Positions 49,578 to 60,007 of a DNA stretch of 64,000 nucleotides are shown piece by piece. Under the pieces are notes generated by a model. The model saw only the letters and a program-made list of their open reading frames with translations, did not search any database and was not told where the DNA came from. The stretch comes from Thermomicrobiales bacterium (GTDB lineage Bacteria > Chloroflexota > Chloroflexia > Thermomicrobiales > UBA6265), in contig JAWKPF010000009.1 of the NCBI GenBank assembly GCA_041390825.1, forward strand, positions 59,808 to 123,807, in the 5' to 3' direction. Made by a program: the position numbers and the translations under genes. The stretch's first letter is position 1; every line of letters begins with the position of its first letter.

Positions 49578-51870
49578 TTGGAAGTATTGAAACTGCGGCC
49601 ACGCCCTCTTTCAGCGCCATCGCGCACCAAGAAGTTACTGTGGAGACTTTCGTGGGCGGCCTGATTGTTCTGTTGGTCGCTGCGGCCCGTGGGCCATCGA
49701 TCAGTGCGCATGCAGAACTGGAACGCGCCGAACCTGCTGCAGATGCCCTTTGTCAGCGCCACCGCAACGAATGGAATTCTGGTTTACCGAGCGGATAGCC
49801 GGTGAGCCCGCTCTGCCGTCGATCATCGTACTCGACCAATCAGGCGACGAGGTCAAGGTGGCTGGGGTCGAAGTTGATCCGAATGACTCACGCCATGTCA
49901 GCGCCGATGTTTCGGGGATTGGAACGGGAACGTATACCGTCAAGTGGTCGGTCCTCTCTGCCGACGACGGTCACACGCTCAGCGGAACGTATGGGTTCCG
50001 TGTTGGATCTGGCAGAGCGCCGGGAGCCGCCACCGTCGCAGGGGAGCGTCCTCAGCCTTGGGCAGTATTCACGCGGTGGACCACTTTTTTGCTGCCAGTG
50101 TTATGGCGGCATGCTTGATATGGGTAAGTCTATCCTGGAGAGTTGCAGCTCCCAGTGATCACCGGCGACAGCTTGTGGCGGCCACAATCGCTGGTGCAAT
50201 CGGCCTCGTGGCGACGTCACTCGAACCTGTTTTTCAAACTCGTTTTCCGCCCGATGGTTCGATCGCCTTCGCTTTCCGACGCCATCGATGGATTGCCTGA
50301 CGCTTGGTGGTTCCGTCCGCGCGGATTTTTCCTTGCGCTCGTCGCGACTGCTGTTGGTTATGTGCTTCTTGCCCGCGGACGGCGCGTGCAATTGCTAGTG
50401 AATGTCGGGGTCGCTGGTGGGATGGTTGCCCTCCTGGGGTTAAGCCTGACCACCCATGCGGCCGCTCGCCAGCGATGGGATTGGCTTTCGACGGCGTCGG
50501 TGGTGGTGCATGAATGGTCGGTTGGATTGTGGGTGGGCGGTTTAGCTGCACTCGCCATCTTCTGGACCAGTTCGCGGGGCGTTGAAACTATTCCATGGCA
50601 CTTGAACCTATACGCGTTTTTTCCCGCGCCGCACTCCCTTGGCAGCGGTCGGATTGGCGACTGGAATCGTTAATTCTGGGCTGATTCTTCCTTCACTGAC
50701 TCACTGTGGCAGAGCGACTGGGGGCGCATTCTGATCGCCAAAGTTGCCGTCATGCTACTGGTATTGCTGCTCGCGGCTCGCCATCGTCGTTGGTTGCATC
50801 GTCACTTGGAGTCTGTTGGTGTGGTTCTCAGGCGTAGCGTCCGAGTGGAGATGCTCTTGGCAGCCCTTGTGGTCTTGGGGGGTGTTCTCCTTGCGCTCTC
50901 GGCGCCGCCGATTCAGTCGCAAGGTGATCTTACGTCGGTCAATTTGGCCGCCCTGCTTCCGGGCACCAGCGATTCGCCTGACGTGGTGCATCTGGTCATT
51001 GATCCAGCAGTGGCCGGTGAGAATCAGCTTCGGGTTTTTGTCTCCCCGGCCGACCAGCTGAATGTCGTTTCACCGACGGTGGTCGATCGGGTTCGGGTGA
51101 CCGTGACGAGCCTGACTGACAGCAGCGCCTCTCAACAACTGACCCTCGAGCCCGACGACAACGGCAATTTTGTCGCCCAGGGGACGCAGTTTTCCCTGGA
51201 TGGATGGTGGCAAGCAGACGTGCTGGTCCGTCGACCAGGTGTTGAGGATGTTGTCGTTCCCTTCTACGTGCTTCTTCCGGATCCAAATGTCAATGGGTTC
51301 GACGCACCGCCAATTCCATCCTCCTCTTCAGAAGCCCAACAATTGGTAGAAGCAGCATTCGTCCAAGTCGATAGCATCCGAAGCCTCTCTTACCACTGGC
51401 GTCTGACCTCCGGACAAGGATCAGTCGCCACTGCCGAGCGACGGCTCAGTGTCGGGTTTGATGGCAATCCGCCAACCTCCCTCCTCAAGAGCGAGGGCAT
51501 CGAGATTCTGACCGTTGGTGACCGCACCTGGCAACGCACCCCGGGACAGCCGTGGATCGAACGAACGTGGCAAGACATCTTCCCGCCGTCGGAATGGCTT
51601 GCCGCCTACGACGGTGCAACTGGGTTCACGCTTGGCCGCCAGATGGAGGTTGACGGTCAGCGTACGCGGGTCGTGACGTTTTTTGTGCCCGAGACTGAAG
51701 AACAGATAGCCGCGTGGTACGCATTTTGGATCGATGAGACGAGCGGCCATGTCGTTCAAGAAGTAATGATTTCTCGGCATCATTACATGCTCTACAACTA
51801 CTCCGAGTTCGATCAGCCGGTCATTATCGCACCGCCCGATACGAATAGCGCTACGCCACAGGTGGGGTGA
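49578..51870 (+). pseudogene. CopC-CopD fusion (YcnJ-like) with a large C-terminal extracytoplasmic domain; at least 6 frameshifts
   Basis: Hand-joined pieces: KKLLWRLSWAA / LIVLLVAAARGPSISAHAELERAEPAADAL / SAPPQRMEFWFTERI..YTVKWSVLSADDGHTLSGTYGFRV (CopC), then CopD-like TM pieces in 49944.., 50143.. and 50752..51870 (ILIAKVAVMLLVLLLAARHRR). Pinned sites are the C-run 49660-49661 and the T-run 49749-49751. Confidence 0.65.
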
Positions 51871-52316
51871 TGCACAGAGTGCGGCGGGTGTGTAAAGGAG
51901 CCGTAGCTGTCCAGTCTTCCATTCTGTCGCTATCGCAAGACGGATCAAGGGCCCGCACGAGATGGCTATTATGGATATAATCTGAATAACTACTCAAGCG
52001 TTGGAATCGGCCGCTCGACGTAAATCAAGGGAACCATCCACCGTCTTTGCATCATCGAAATAGCGAAGCGAACTGGAGAACGTGATGTCGACAGGCGCAT
52101 GGAGGATCCCAAAGCCTTCCCATCCTCATCCCACTCAGTGAATTTGGATGAGCGAATCACCAGATTGATCTGCGCACTCCATGCTCTAGGTTCTTCAGTA
52201 GGACTGGCACAGCGATGCTAGACGGGATCAAGATTAATGATATTGACCCTGAGCAAGTACGGAACGATGAGTTCGGATCTCGTGATCGAAGCCATCGAGC
52301 CGGGGAGTGAGAGAAC

Positions 52317-52395
52317 GGGGGCGGCTGGGCTCATCCACTCGTTCAATTGATCGACAGAACTGTGGCTGGAAGGTTCGATTCCTTCCGCCTCCACC
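52317..52395 (+). ncRNA. tmRNA-like / tRNA-Ala-like acceptor + T-arm mini-element (not a canonical tRNA)
   Basis: 5' GGGGGCG pairs with 3' CGCCTCC (7 bp including G3:U70), followed by discriminator A and CC. T arm GAAGG-TTCGATT-CCTTC. The 45 nt between form only one long imperfect hairpin (CCAC..GTTC / GAAC..GTGG), with no D or anticodon arm. Confidence 0.35.
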
Positions 52396-52593
52396 TCCGA
52401 TTGCTCCGTTCCGGGGACCCGTTCCGCAGATCACATGTGCTTGAAATGTCTGGAGATGCGAAATGTAGAAGGCCCTTTGAGCGGACTCAGAACTTGAGCG
52501 GAGAATGACCAGCAAGGGCGCTTTTGGGGTGGCCCATGCCACAGGGTTAATCGCATTGGACCCGCATGCAACACGTAAAGGGGAGAGTTGAAG

Positions 52594-53799
52594 ATGGACC
52601 GCAGGATCAGCCGTAGCGATCGCGCCGCACGAGTTCGTGCAACGATCCGGAAAGGAGGATCCCGCACGCTTCTGCTTGCGTTGACTGCCTTGCTGACGTT
52701 GCCGATGTTCCCGCTGGGAGCATCAGCACAGGACGACTGGGCGGCGCCGCGTACGGTGTACATCCCGGAAACCGGACATACGGTCGATGGTGTCTTCCTA
52801 GATACCTGGCGGGAGTGGGGCGGCGCTTCGGCGTTCGGGAACCCGATCACTCCGGAAATCGAGGAGAACGGGCGGACGGTGCAGTACTACGAGTACGCTC
52901 GGTTCGAGTATGTACCCGACGATCCGAATGGCCAGATCGTGCAGTTCGGCGAGATCGGCCGCGAGCTGAAGCCGACCACGGTGTTCCGGTCCAAGCCGCA
53001 GCTCTGGACGACGGGCGAGCAGAACGGACTGGAACAGATTGCGGATGAGCTCCGCGCCTGGGCGCCGGTGACGGGAAGCGCCGCACAGATTCCGGACAGC
53101 CCGACCCGCCGGTATGTGACCGAGTCACAGCACACCATTCAAAATGGGTTCAAGGATTTCTGGGAAGCCACGGGTGAGGCGAGCTATCTCGGCAACCCGG
53201 TTACCGAGGAGTTTCGCCGCGGTGATGCGACCTACCAGATCTTCGAGCGCGGCAAGCTTTCCTGGACGTCCGCCGGTGGGGTGAGGATGGAGCCGGTCGG
53301 CTCGATTCTGGTCAAGCAGTACGGACTGAAAACCGAACCGCTGCCGACGGCGACCGATTTCCCGGCGTACTCCGAGGATCTCTTCATTCCGCCGCCACCG
53401 CCGGTGCCGCAGATGCCGTCAAACCCGGGCGGTGAGCGCTGGGTCTCGGTCAATCTGAGCTCGCAGTACATGGTGGCCTATGAAGGCGATGTGGCGGTGA
53501 ACGAGACGTATGTAAGCACCGGGCGACCGGGCTTCGAAACGCCGACCGGCTCGTTCTACATCAACTCCAAGTACGAGATTCAGGACATGGAGGGACTGGC
53601 CAGTGGTGAGAGCTGGTACGTGCCCGAAGTTCCGCATGTCATGTATTTCACTGACTTGGGCCATGCCTTTCACGGAACGTACTGGCATAGCAACTTCGGC
53701 GCGGTGATGAGCCATGGGTGCATCAACCTGCCGCTCTGGTTCGCAGAGTGGCTGTACTACTGGGCACCCTACGGAATGCGCGTTGAAATCACCTATTGA
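52594..53799 (+). CDS. L,D-transpeptidase (YkuD domain) with N-terminal repeat domain
   Basis: ORF 52588..53799 (ATG at 52594 after AAAGGGGAGAG). Signal peptide. C-terminal GRPGFETPTGSFYI..HAFHGTYWHSNFGAVMSHGCINLP. Confidence 0.85.
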   Translation: MDRRISRSDRAARVRATIRKGGSRTLLLALTALLTLPMFPLGASAQDDWAAPRTVYIPETGHTVDGVFLDTWREWGGASAFGNPITPEIEENGRTVQYYEYARFEYVPDDPNGQIVQFGEIGRELKPTTVFRSKPQLWTTGEQNGLEQIADELRAWAPVTGSAAQIPDSPTRRYVTESQHTIQNGFKDFWEATGEASYLGNPVTEEFRRGDATYQIFERGKLSWTSAGGVRMEPVGSILVKQYGLKTEPLPTATDFPAYSEDLFIPPPPPVPQMPSNPGGERWVSVNLSSQYMVAYEGDVAVNETYVSTGRPGFETPTGSFYINSKYEIQDMEGLASGESWYVPEVPHVMYFTDLGHAFHGTYWHSNFGAVMSHGCINLPLWFAEWLYYWAPYGMRVEITY

Positions 53800-53868
53800 T
53801 CGCTCTGGGTGCCGGATTGTAAACGGGCCCCACGCATATGCGACTGACCGAGAAAAGAGGTTGCACTG

Positions 53869-55317
53869 ATGGCGCAAGCAACCCTGGAGGAACGCGGCTC
53901 GCGGAACAATCCGCTGGAAACCGTGGTAGACCGCATCTGGCGCTTCTTCTGCTCCGTGCGTGCGGCAGTCATTGAAATCGCCATTTTGGCAATCCTGGTC
54001 CTGATCGGCACCTTACGCGGCAGTTCAGTGCCACGCTGGATCGCTGATTACGTGCCGATCACTGAAGGGATCGTCGATCGTTGGTACGCATGGGATGTCT
54101 TCAAGTCGATCCCATTCATGTCCCTGCTGGCGATCCTGACCGTTGCCATCACCGTCTGCACAATCAACCGGGCACCCGGTATATGGCGCACGATCAGCGC
54201 TCCGACGATCACCACTACCCGCGGATTCATTCGCAACGCAGATGTCTCCGCTTCCGCGCAGCTTGCCGAGCCAATCGAACATGCCGCTGAAACCTACACG
54301 GCCACGCTTCGACGCATGCGGTATCGGGTCCTCACCCAGTGGCAGGGCGAGACGCTCCATGTGTATGCCGACAAAAATCGCTGGGCCAAGCTCGCCACAT
54401 TCCCGTTTCATCTGGCGCTCATTCTCATCCTGATCGGCGGCATCGTGGGGGGCAGGTACGGGTTCCGCGAAATGGAATTCATCATCCCGGAGGGTGAGGT
54501 GCGAGATGTCGGGCACGGCACCGGGCTGAGCGTTGAGTTAGTGAACTTCAGCGATTCCTGGCGGGAGGATGGGATTCCTGCGAGTTATCGCAGCGATCTG
54601 GTGCTCTACAAGAATGGTGAGGAGATCAAGCGCGAATCGATCACTGTCAACAATCCAATGACCTATCGCACCGTGAGTTTCTATCAGACGAGTTACGGGC
54701 AAGCGGCGCTTATGCGCGTGACCGACAAGGACGGCAACCTCCTCTTCGAAGACTCGGTCGATCTCGGCATCTATCGATCCACCATAAATCCTGATGCCCC
54801 GGCCGGAATCATCCAGCTTCCCAACGTGAATACCCAGCTCAACATCATCTCGCCAGACGAAGACCGGCCCAATCTGCCAGAGCTCGACAACCTTAATCTC
54901 CAAAGTGGGCAGATGTATGTGCAACTTCGGGAAGTTGGGCCGGGAGCATCCGCCGAGCTGCCGGATACCGTTCTGACTCAAGGATCTCCAGCAAAGCTCG
55001 GAGATCTAACCGTCGAGTTCGTGCGGGAGAGCCGCTTCACGCTGTTACAAGTCGGCAGCAACCCCGGTATTCCTATCTTCTGGGCAGCGGCGCTTCTGCT
55101 CGTCGGCGGCCTCGCCATCACCTTTTACTTTCCGCACCGCCGCATTCGAGCAATTTTCGACCGGGGGGAGGATCCGGACACATCGCAGGTGTCGCTGGCG
55201 CCACTCGCCAAACGAGACTGGTCGGGCCAGCGCGATTTCCGGCGGGCTGTTGATGCGATCTCGAAACGATTCGAAACACCGGTCGAAATCCGAGAGCGGC
55301 CCGATTCCGAGCGCTAA
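53869..55317 (+). CDS. ccsB: cytochrome c biogenesis protein ResB/CcsB (system II)
   Basis: 482-aa ORF with an N-terminus IWRFFCSVRAAVIEIAILAILVLIGT typical of ResB. Followed by ccsA. Confidence 0.8.
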   Translation: MAQATLEERGSRNNPLETVVDRIWRFFCSVRAAVIEIAILAILVLIGTLRGSSVPRWIADYVPITEGIVDRWYAWDVFKSIPFMSLLAILTVAITVCTINRAPGIWRTISAPTITTTRGFIRNADVSASAQLAEPIEHAAETYTATLRRMRYRVLTQWQGETLHVYADKNRWAKLATFPFHLALILILIGGIVGGRYGFREMEFIIPEGEVRDVGHGTGLSVELVNFSDSWREDGIPASYRSDLVLYKNGEEIKRESITVNNPMTYRTVSFYQTSYGQAALMRVTDKDGNLLFEDSVDLGIYRSTINPDAPAGIIQLPNVNTQLNIISPDEDRPNLPELDNLNLQSGQMYVQLREVGPGASAELPDTVLTQGSPAKLGDLTVEFVRESRFTLLQVGSNPGIPIFWAAALLLVGGLAITFYFPHRRIRAIFDRGEDPDTSQVSLAPLAKRDWSGQRDFRRAVDAISKRFETPVEIRERPDSER

Positions 55318-55399
55318 GTGGGGGAGTGGACCCACCCAACGCCTGGAGCGTTGAGAACGATCAGGACTCGCGAAGCTAGAAAAAGCAAAGGACAGTTTC

Positions 55400-56302
55400 T
55401 TGGAAGGCATGGTTCGGCTCTCGTTTTATCTCTTCGCAGCAGCCTCTCTCGCGGTCGGCGCGGCATTCGTGGCGTATGTGGTGTATGGAATTGGGCATAT
55501 GCGCGTGCGGCGGGCGGCTCTTGCCACGCCTAACGGGATGACGTTTTCGGGGACGGTGGCGGAATTTGGCCGCAGTTCGGTGAGTGCTGGCCGGTTTGCC
55601 ACCCTTTTCGGCTGGCTCGCTGTGGTCTTTGCCGGCTTGGCAGTCTTGACCCGCGCCGTTGCATCGAAGCGCGGACCGTACTCGAACATGTACGAATTCA
55701 GTCTGGCATTCGTCTTTGTCCTCTGCCTGGCATATATGCTGTTCGAGCGGTTCTATGGCGTGAAACACCTCGGCGCGATCGTCATGTCGGTGTCGCTGGC
55801 CATGTGCCTTTACCTCTGGTCGCTCCCGACGAACATGCGGGAGGTCGACGCGCTCAATCCCGCGCTCCAGAACCGACCGCTAATGACGGTGCATGTCTCT
55901 GCGGCAATTGTCGCCTACGCGACGTTTGCTGTTGCCTTGCCGCCGCGGTGCTTTTCTTATCCAGAACCGCAAGCAGGTAGGATGGCTGCCGAGCGCTGAA
56001 ATGCTCGATGACATTGGCTATCGTGCAGTCACCATTGGATTCCCGATGCTGGCGCTGGTTTTGATTCTCGGCTCAGTGTGGGCGCATCAGGCTTGGGGCG
56101 CCTATTGGTCCTGGGATCCTAAGGAAACGGCCGCGTTGTTCACCTGGCTGGTGTACGGAGTGTATTTACACACCCGCTCGTTGCGCGGATGGCGCGGCAA
56201 ACGGAGCGCAATCATTCTCATTCTCGGATTCGGGCTGTCGCGTTTACCTACTATGGCAACTACTTCTTCGGCGGTTTGCATGCGTACGGCGGCGTGGACT
56301 AG
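55400..56302 (+). pseudogene. ccsA: cytochrome c biogenesis protein CcsA/ResC, three apparent 1-nt deletions as sequenced
   Basis: ORFs 55400..55999 and 55893..56663 plus a third frame to the TAG at 56300-56302. WWD-type motif WGAYWSWDPKETAAL. Shifts near 55939, 55959 and 56241. Confidence 0.75.
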
Positions 56303-56309
56303 CACGCTC

Positions 56310-56935
56310 ATGTCAAACACAACGCTTTCTCCCACTCCTGCAGCAGTCCCGCGCGGCAAGACCACGCAGGCAGTCGTCGGTTTGGCCGTGGCCGCCACGA
56401 TTCTTGTCGCAGCGTGGTTCGTCGCTGGGCGGGCAGGGCTGGATGACGTCGGGAGAGGTGGAATCAACGCCAGTATTCTGCCGAAGGTGGGCGACGAGGC
56501 CCGGACTTTATCGCCGTCAGCCCGACCGGCGAAGTGGTGCAACTCAGCGACTTTCGCGGGCAACCAGTCTGGATCAACTTCTGGGGAGCTTGGTGTGCTC
56601 CGTGCCGGGCCGAAATGCCGGATATCCAAGCGGCCTGGGAAGTGCTCGAACCACGCGGATTGATGTTGCTGGCGGTCAGCCTGGGGGACAAGCCTTCCGA
56701 AGCGGTCGCGTTTGCCGAATTAAACAACGTTACCTTTCCGATCTTGCTCGACCCCGATCGCACCCTGACCAGTCCGACTTATCCGATCTACAACTTCCCA
56801 ACGCACATCTTCGTGGACGAGGACGGGATTGTTCGCAACATCGTAATGGCCCAGATGAATCGAGAGGAAGCTATCGCCGCTGCTGAATGGGTCATTCCCA
56901 ACAATGGGGAGACAATTTCGCGATCTCAGGACTGA
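56310..56935 (+). pseudogene. TlpA/ResA-like thiol:disulfide oxidoreductase, one frameshift as sequenced
   Basis: The N-terminal TM anchor frame (MSNTTLSP..VGLAVAATILVAAWF..KVGDEA) shifts at the C-run 56500-56502 into ORF 56534..56935 (..VQLSDFRGQPVWINFWGAWCAPCRAEMP). Confidence 0.75.
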
Positions 56936-57018
56936 AAAATTCCCGCATTAGCAGGCCCCGCGAAACGAGCGAGATCACAAGTACAGAAGAATAAATCGTT
57001 GCTTCCATCAGTTGGACG

Positions 57019-57324
57019 TTAAGGCTCGACCCGCGAATTTGCTCCATGACCGCTCCAATGTGTCGCGAAGACCTCTGCGAATCGTTTCGGCCTGAATCCA
57101 AGAATCATCGCGTCGCCCACGACCAGCAGCGGCGTCGCCACAATTCCGGTCGCAATCAGCTCTGTCACGGCGGCATCGTCGCTCGATACGTCTCGCTCAA
57201 TGAAGACCACCTCATGGGAGGCAAGCCATTCACGCACCCTGCCGCTATCGGCGCACTGAACGTGCGTGTAGAGGATTGGAGTTGGGTTGCGAGTCACCTG
57301 AACGATTCGATTCTTTGGCAGCAA
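57019..57324 (-). CDS. glutaredoxin-like thioredoxin-fold protein (single Cys)
   Basis: 101-aa ORF with a TTG start. ILYTHVQCADSGRVREWL..VVFIERDV..ATPLLVVGDAMILGF. Confidence 0.55.
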   Translation of the reverse strand: MLPKNRIVQVTRNPTPILYTHVQCADSGRVREWLASHEVVFIERDVSSDDAAVTELIATGIVATPLLVVGDAMILGFRPKRFAEVFATHWSGHGANSRVEP

Positions 57325-57563
57325 TTGGGGCTGGTACCAAGGGTTCCGGGAACGAAGCCGACGTGGTGGCTACTGTCGGCGACTCGCATATTCGAAGTCC
57401 TTCCGTTATCTAAACTGAGCCGGGCGGTCGAACAGATTGTATAGGGTCTAGGAACCTCGATTCCGCATTATGGGAAAAGTCACTTAGGAAATATAGAAAT
57501 TTAGTCGAGGCTACACATGCGACCATTCCTCTGCTAATATCGCTTCATCTGTTGACTTAGGCC

Positions 57564-58724
57564 ATGGTGAGACAAAACATGACAGGGATCCGTGGCGTCG
57601 ATCGCCGACAGCTCCTACGGCTCGGGGCAAGTAGTGCCGTGATCGGCGGAATTGGCGCGTCAGCGTCGTCGCTGATCGAGCGTGGGTCATCGGCATCGGA
57701 GGGTGAGAAAGCCGTCCCAGGGCATTCCCGTATGCAGACCGATGCCGACCACATGAGTGACGACCATGTGATGGCGAACGGCTCCACGGTTGGGGACATC
57801 ATCTTCTCAGAACCGCGGCTCGACCCCTCTGTTTTCGCCACGACATTCGACTACGGCGAAGTAACCACGATGGCCGATGGCACCGTGGTGCGCGAGTGGG
57901 ACATCGTGGCACTCGACAAAGAGATCGAGATCGCGCCAGGGCTCTTTTTTCCCGCATGGACATACAACGGGCAAGTGCCCGGTCCGACCCTACGCTGCAA
58001 CGAAGGCGAGCGGTTGCGGGTTAACTTCGTCAACAATGGCTCCCATCCGCACACGATGCATTTTCACGGGATCCATACCTCGCTTATGGACGGCGTTCCC
58101 GGAATTGGGCGCGGGAACATCGAGCCTGGCGCGCACTTCGTGTATGAGTTCAACGCCCGGCCCTTTGGGCTCCATCTCTACCATTGCCATACGGCTCCAT
58201 TGAAACGCCATATCCATAAGGGCCTCTATGGGGCCTTCATCATCAACCCCGATCCCGCTCGCCGGGGAGAAAAGGCACGTGCGCGTCACCCGGAGTACGC
58301 CGAATCGGAGGAATGGCAAGAGTTCGTGATGGTGATGAACGCGTTCGATACCAACTTCGATGCGGGCAACGAGGTCTACGCGGTCAACACAGTGGCGTTC
58401 CATTACATGCGTCATCCGATCGTGATCGAAAAGTCTCGTCCTGTCCGGGTGTATCTGCTCAATCTGACCGAGTTCGATCTGCTCAACTCGTTCCATTTAC
58501 ATGCCAACTTCTTCAACTATTACGACACTGGCACACAGCTCGACCCGACGTTGCGCACGGTCGACACGATCATGCAGGCGCAGGGGCAGCGCGGGCTTCT
58601 CGAGTTTCGCTATGACGATGAGGATCACCAGCCGGGGCTGTACATGTTCCACGCGCACGTATCCGAATTCGCCGAGCTGGGATGGATGAGCATGTTCGAT
58701 CTGCAGGATGGGGGTGGCGCGTGA
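57564..58724 (+). CDS. two-domain multicopper oxidase with Tat signal
   Basis: 386-aa ORF. Twin-arginine DRRQLLRLGASSA. Copper ligand blocks HPHTMHFHG, YHCHTAPLKRHIHKGLYG, FHAHVSEF. Confidence 0.8.
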   Translation: MVRQNMTGIRGVDRRQLLRLGASSAVIGGIGASASSLIERGSSASEGEKAVPGHSRMQTDADHMSDDHVMANGSTVGDIIFSEPRLDPSVFATTFDYGEVTTMADGTVVREWDIVALDKEIEIAPGLFFPAWTYNGQVPGPTLRCNEGERLRVNFVNNGSHPHTMHFHGIHTSLMDGVPGIGRGNIEPGAHFVYEFNARPFGLHLYHCHTAPLKRHIHKGLYGAFIINPDPARRGEKARARHPEYAESEEWQEFVMVMNAFDTNFDAGNEVYAVNTVAFHYMRHPIVIEKSRPVRVYLLNLTEFDLLNSFHLHANFFNYYDTGTQLDPTLRTVDTIMQAQGQRGLLEFRYDDEDHQPGLYMFHAHVSEFAELGWMSMFDLQDGGGA

Positions 58725-59935
58725 GCAGCGAATCGATTGCCACTCCCAGTCGCGCCAACCGGGGCGTTCCCTGGCTCTACGCCATCGTGCCGATCGGTCT
58801 GCTGCTGTTGACGCTAGCCATCATAGTCGCTACGGGGGCAGGAGTACCGGACAATGGTGCTCCGCCGATCGAGACGCTGGCGGTGCAGCGCGTCTGGCTC
58901 CCTGCGCAAGACGAGATCCGCATCTCGGTGATCAACGACGGGCCGGATCCCATTACGATCGCGCAGGTGGTTGTGGACGATGCCTATTGGCCGTACACGA
59001 TGGACGGCGATTCAACGCTGGACCGGCGTGAAGGGGCGACGCTGACGATTCCGTATCCCTGGATCGAAGGGGAGACGCATGCGGTTACGCTGCTCAGCTC
59101 GACCGGAGTGGCGTTCCCGGCCGAGATACCGGTGGCGATCGAGAGCCCGAAGCTGGACGGACAATCGATCTGGCGTTATGGGTTGATCGGCGTGTATGTC
59201 GGGGTCATTCCGGTGGCATTGGGATTGCTCTGGTATCCGCTGTTGCGCCGGTTGGGACGCAGCAAGCTGAACTTCATTCTGGCGCTGACGGTCGGGTTGT
59301 TGCTTTTCCTGGTGATCGACATGTTCCAGGAAGCGCAGGAGATCGCGCTTGCCGCACCGGCGTCGTTCGATACGCCGGTGCTGGTACCGCTGCTGGCAGT
59401 GCTGGCCGCGGGATTGCTGATTACGCTCAGTCACTGGTTGCGCCGGCGAGGCGAACGGTTCCGGAATCAGGAGAGTGGCGGCCTCATCCTCGCGTACCAG
59501 ATTGCGCTCGGTATTGGTTTGCACAATCTGGGTGAGGGACTCGCAATCGGTAGCGCGTTTGCCATTGGCGAGGCGGCCCTGGGCGTGTTCCTGATCGTTG
59601 GATTCACTCTGCATAATGTGACCGAAGGGATCGGCGTGGCGGCACCGCTGGTGGAGCATCGGCCGGCATTCCGGCATTTCGTAGCGCTGACGTTGCTGGC
59701 GGGTGGACCAGCGGTCATTGGCACCTGGATTGGCGCGTTCACATTTTCGCCGTTCTGGACCGCGGTTTTTCTGGCGATTGGCGTGGGCGCGATCGTGCAA
59801 GTGATCTACGAGGTGAGCCGGATGATCTGGCGGAGTCAGCAGCGAGCGAACGAACCGGGGCTGACTTGGACGACCTTCGGCGGTCTGACGGCCGGCATCG
59901 CAGTCATGTACGCGACGGCGCTCATCATCGCTTGA
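58721..59935 (+). CDS. ZIP family metal transporter with N-terminal extracytoplasmic domain
   Basis: ORF 58682..59935. The probable GTG start at 58721 overlaps the oxidase stop (GTGA). ZIP blocks GIGLHNLGEGLAIG and GFTLHNVTEGIGV. Confidence 0.75.
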   Translation: MSSESIATPSRANRGVPWLYAIVPIGLLLLTLAIIVATGAGVPDNGAPPIETLAVQRVWLPAQDEIRISVINDGPDPITIAQVVVDDAYWPYTMDGDSTLDRREGATLTIPYPWIEGETHAVTLLSSTGVAFPAEIPVAIESPKLDGQSIWRYGLIGVYVGVIPVALGLLWYPLLRRLGRSKLNFILALTVGLLLFLVIDMFQEAQEIALAAPASFDTPVLVPLLAVLAAGLLITLSHWLRRRGERFRNQESGGLILAYQIALGIGLHNLGEGLAIGSAFAIGEAALGVFLIVGFTLHNVTEGIGVAAPLVEHRPAFRHFVALTLLAGGPAVIGTWIGAFTFSPFWTAVFLAIGVGAIVQVIYEVSRMIWRSQQRANEPGLTWTTFGGLTAGIAVMYATALIIA

Positions 59936-60007
59936 CTCCCAAATCAATTCCGCGCCCGGAGACGTGAGAGTCCACACCTGGCGCGGTCCGGTGCTGTCGG
60001 TGAGCGT

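Noticed and set aside
52317-52395. Whether the tRNA-like element could be tRNA-Sec (selC), which would support the in-frame TGA at 46594.
   Set aside because: A TTCAAT string is present, but it cannot be placed in a 7-nt loop closed by a 5-6 bp stem. The acceptor stem is 7 bp with G3:U70 (alanine/tmRNA identity) and there is no long variable arm or 6-bp D stem.
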